A DNA stretch of 64,000 bases. Origin: Macrostomum lignano (lineage: Eukaryota). Below the pieces are notes generated by a model. It saw only the letters and a program-made list of their open reading frames with translations, was not told where the DNA came from and did no database searches. Each line of letters opens with the position of its first letter. Position 1 is the stretch's first letter. Where the stretch lies: positions 134,101-198,100 of the forward strand of contig NIVC01002158.1 in assembly GCA_002269645.1 (NCBI GenBank), in the 5' to 3' direction. The position numbers and the translations under genes are program-made. Positions 63,571 through 64,000 of this stretch are shown piece by piece.

Positions 63571-64000
63571 TATTTGTTGTAACCCGGGTCGGCTTGGGTG
63601 CCCAGTCCGAGTACAATATATATTATATGTGATATAACAGGCGTGTGACGCTCTGTCTGTACTTTTATGAATACGACGAGCAGGCGTGGCGACGCTCTGC
63701 GATAATAATTCGATCCCTCTGGTGTTGTGACACTCAGAGTTCACGCTGCGGCTCGAGGTGTGGTGACACTCTCGAGTGCTTCTATTCTCTATACCGTAGG
63801 GCGTACGCAATATATATGGTAAACGTACCGTACTACAGAAGCTATATGGTTCTCCCGGCGTTATGACGCTCTGGCAAGAATTCGGCCTAGCAAGCTTCCC
63901 GAAAAGAAAGGACTCAAACAGCAGGCGCTTACCAGTGGCCAGATGACTGTTCACCGTTTATTATTCGCAGGTCTCAAGCGCAGTTTCCGACTTCTTCTTA

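Noticed and set aside
62710-63632. Cys/Val-rich membrane-like ORFs
   Set aside because: Translations of the 23-bp minisatellite.
63578-64000. Possible LTR start (TGTAAC...)
   Set aside because: It runs off the window edge, with no PBS or coding domain visible.

Overview
Eukaryotic, intron-rich, minisatellite-dense invertebrate DNA. The style suggests a lophotrochozoan or flatworm such as Macrostomum, which is inference only. Bases 118-38994 (+) hold most of a cytoplasmic dynein-1 heavy chain gene, whose 5' exons lie upstream of the window. That gene has two equal-length (196 nt), same-phase, homologous exons encoding alternative microtubule-binding domains, plus a possible alternative exon near the C-terminus. 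A 13.5-kb dynein intron contains nested CACTA/EnSpm-type transposons. The inner one (17816-27100) looks autonomous, with an intact transposase and a 5-exon DUF4806-like gene. Downstream are MRGBP/EAF7, a 5-exon coiled-coil gene, retroelement debris and a secreted fibrinogen-domain gene with a duplicated unrecognised N-terminal domain. The most unexpected signal is an amplified H/ACA snoRNA-like family: 12 copies plus 3 diverged paralogues, all sense-oriented and in introns or a probable 5'-UTR intron. Its 5' pocket matches the 28S site AGGGAACG-U-G-AGCUG (the snR37/SNORA10-type site), and copies are interleaved with 5S rRNA internal-promoter-like motifs. All rRNA and protein comparisons are from recalled sequences; no searches were run.
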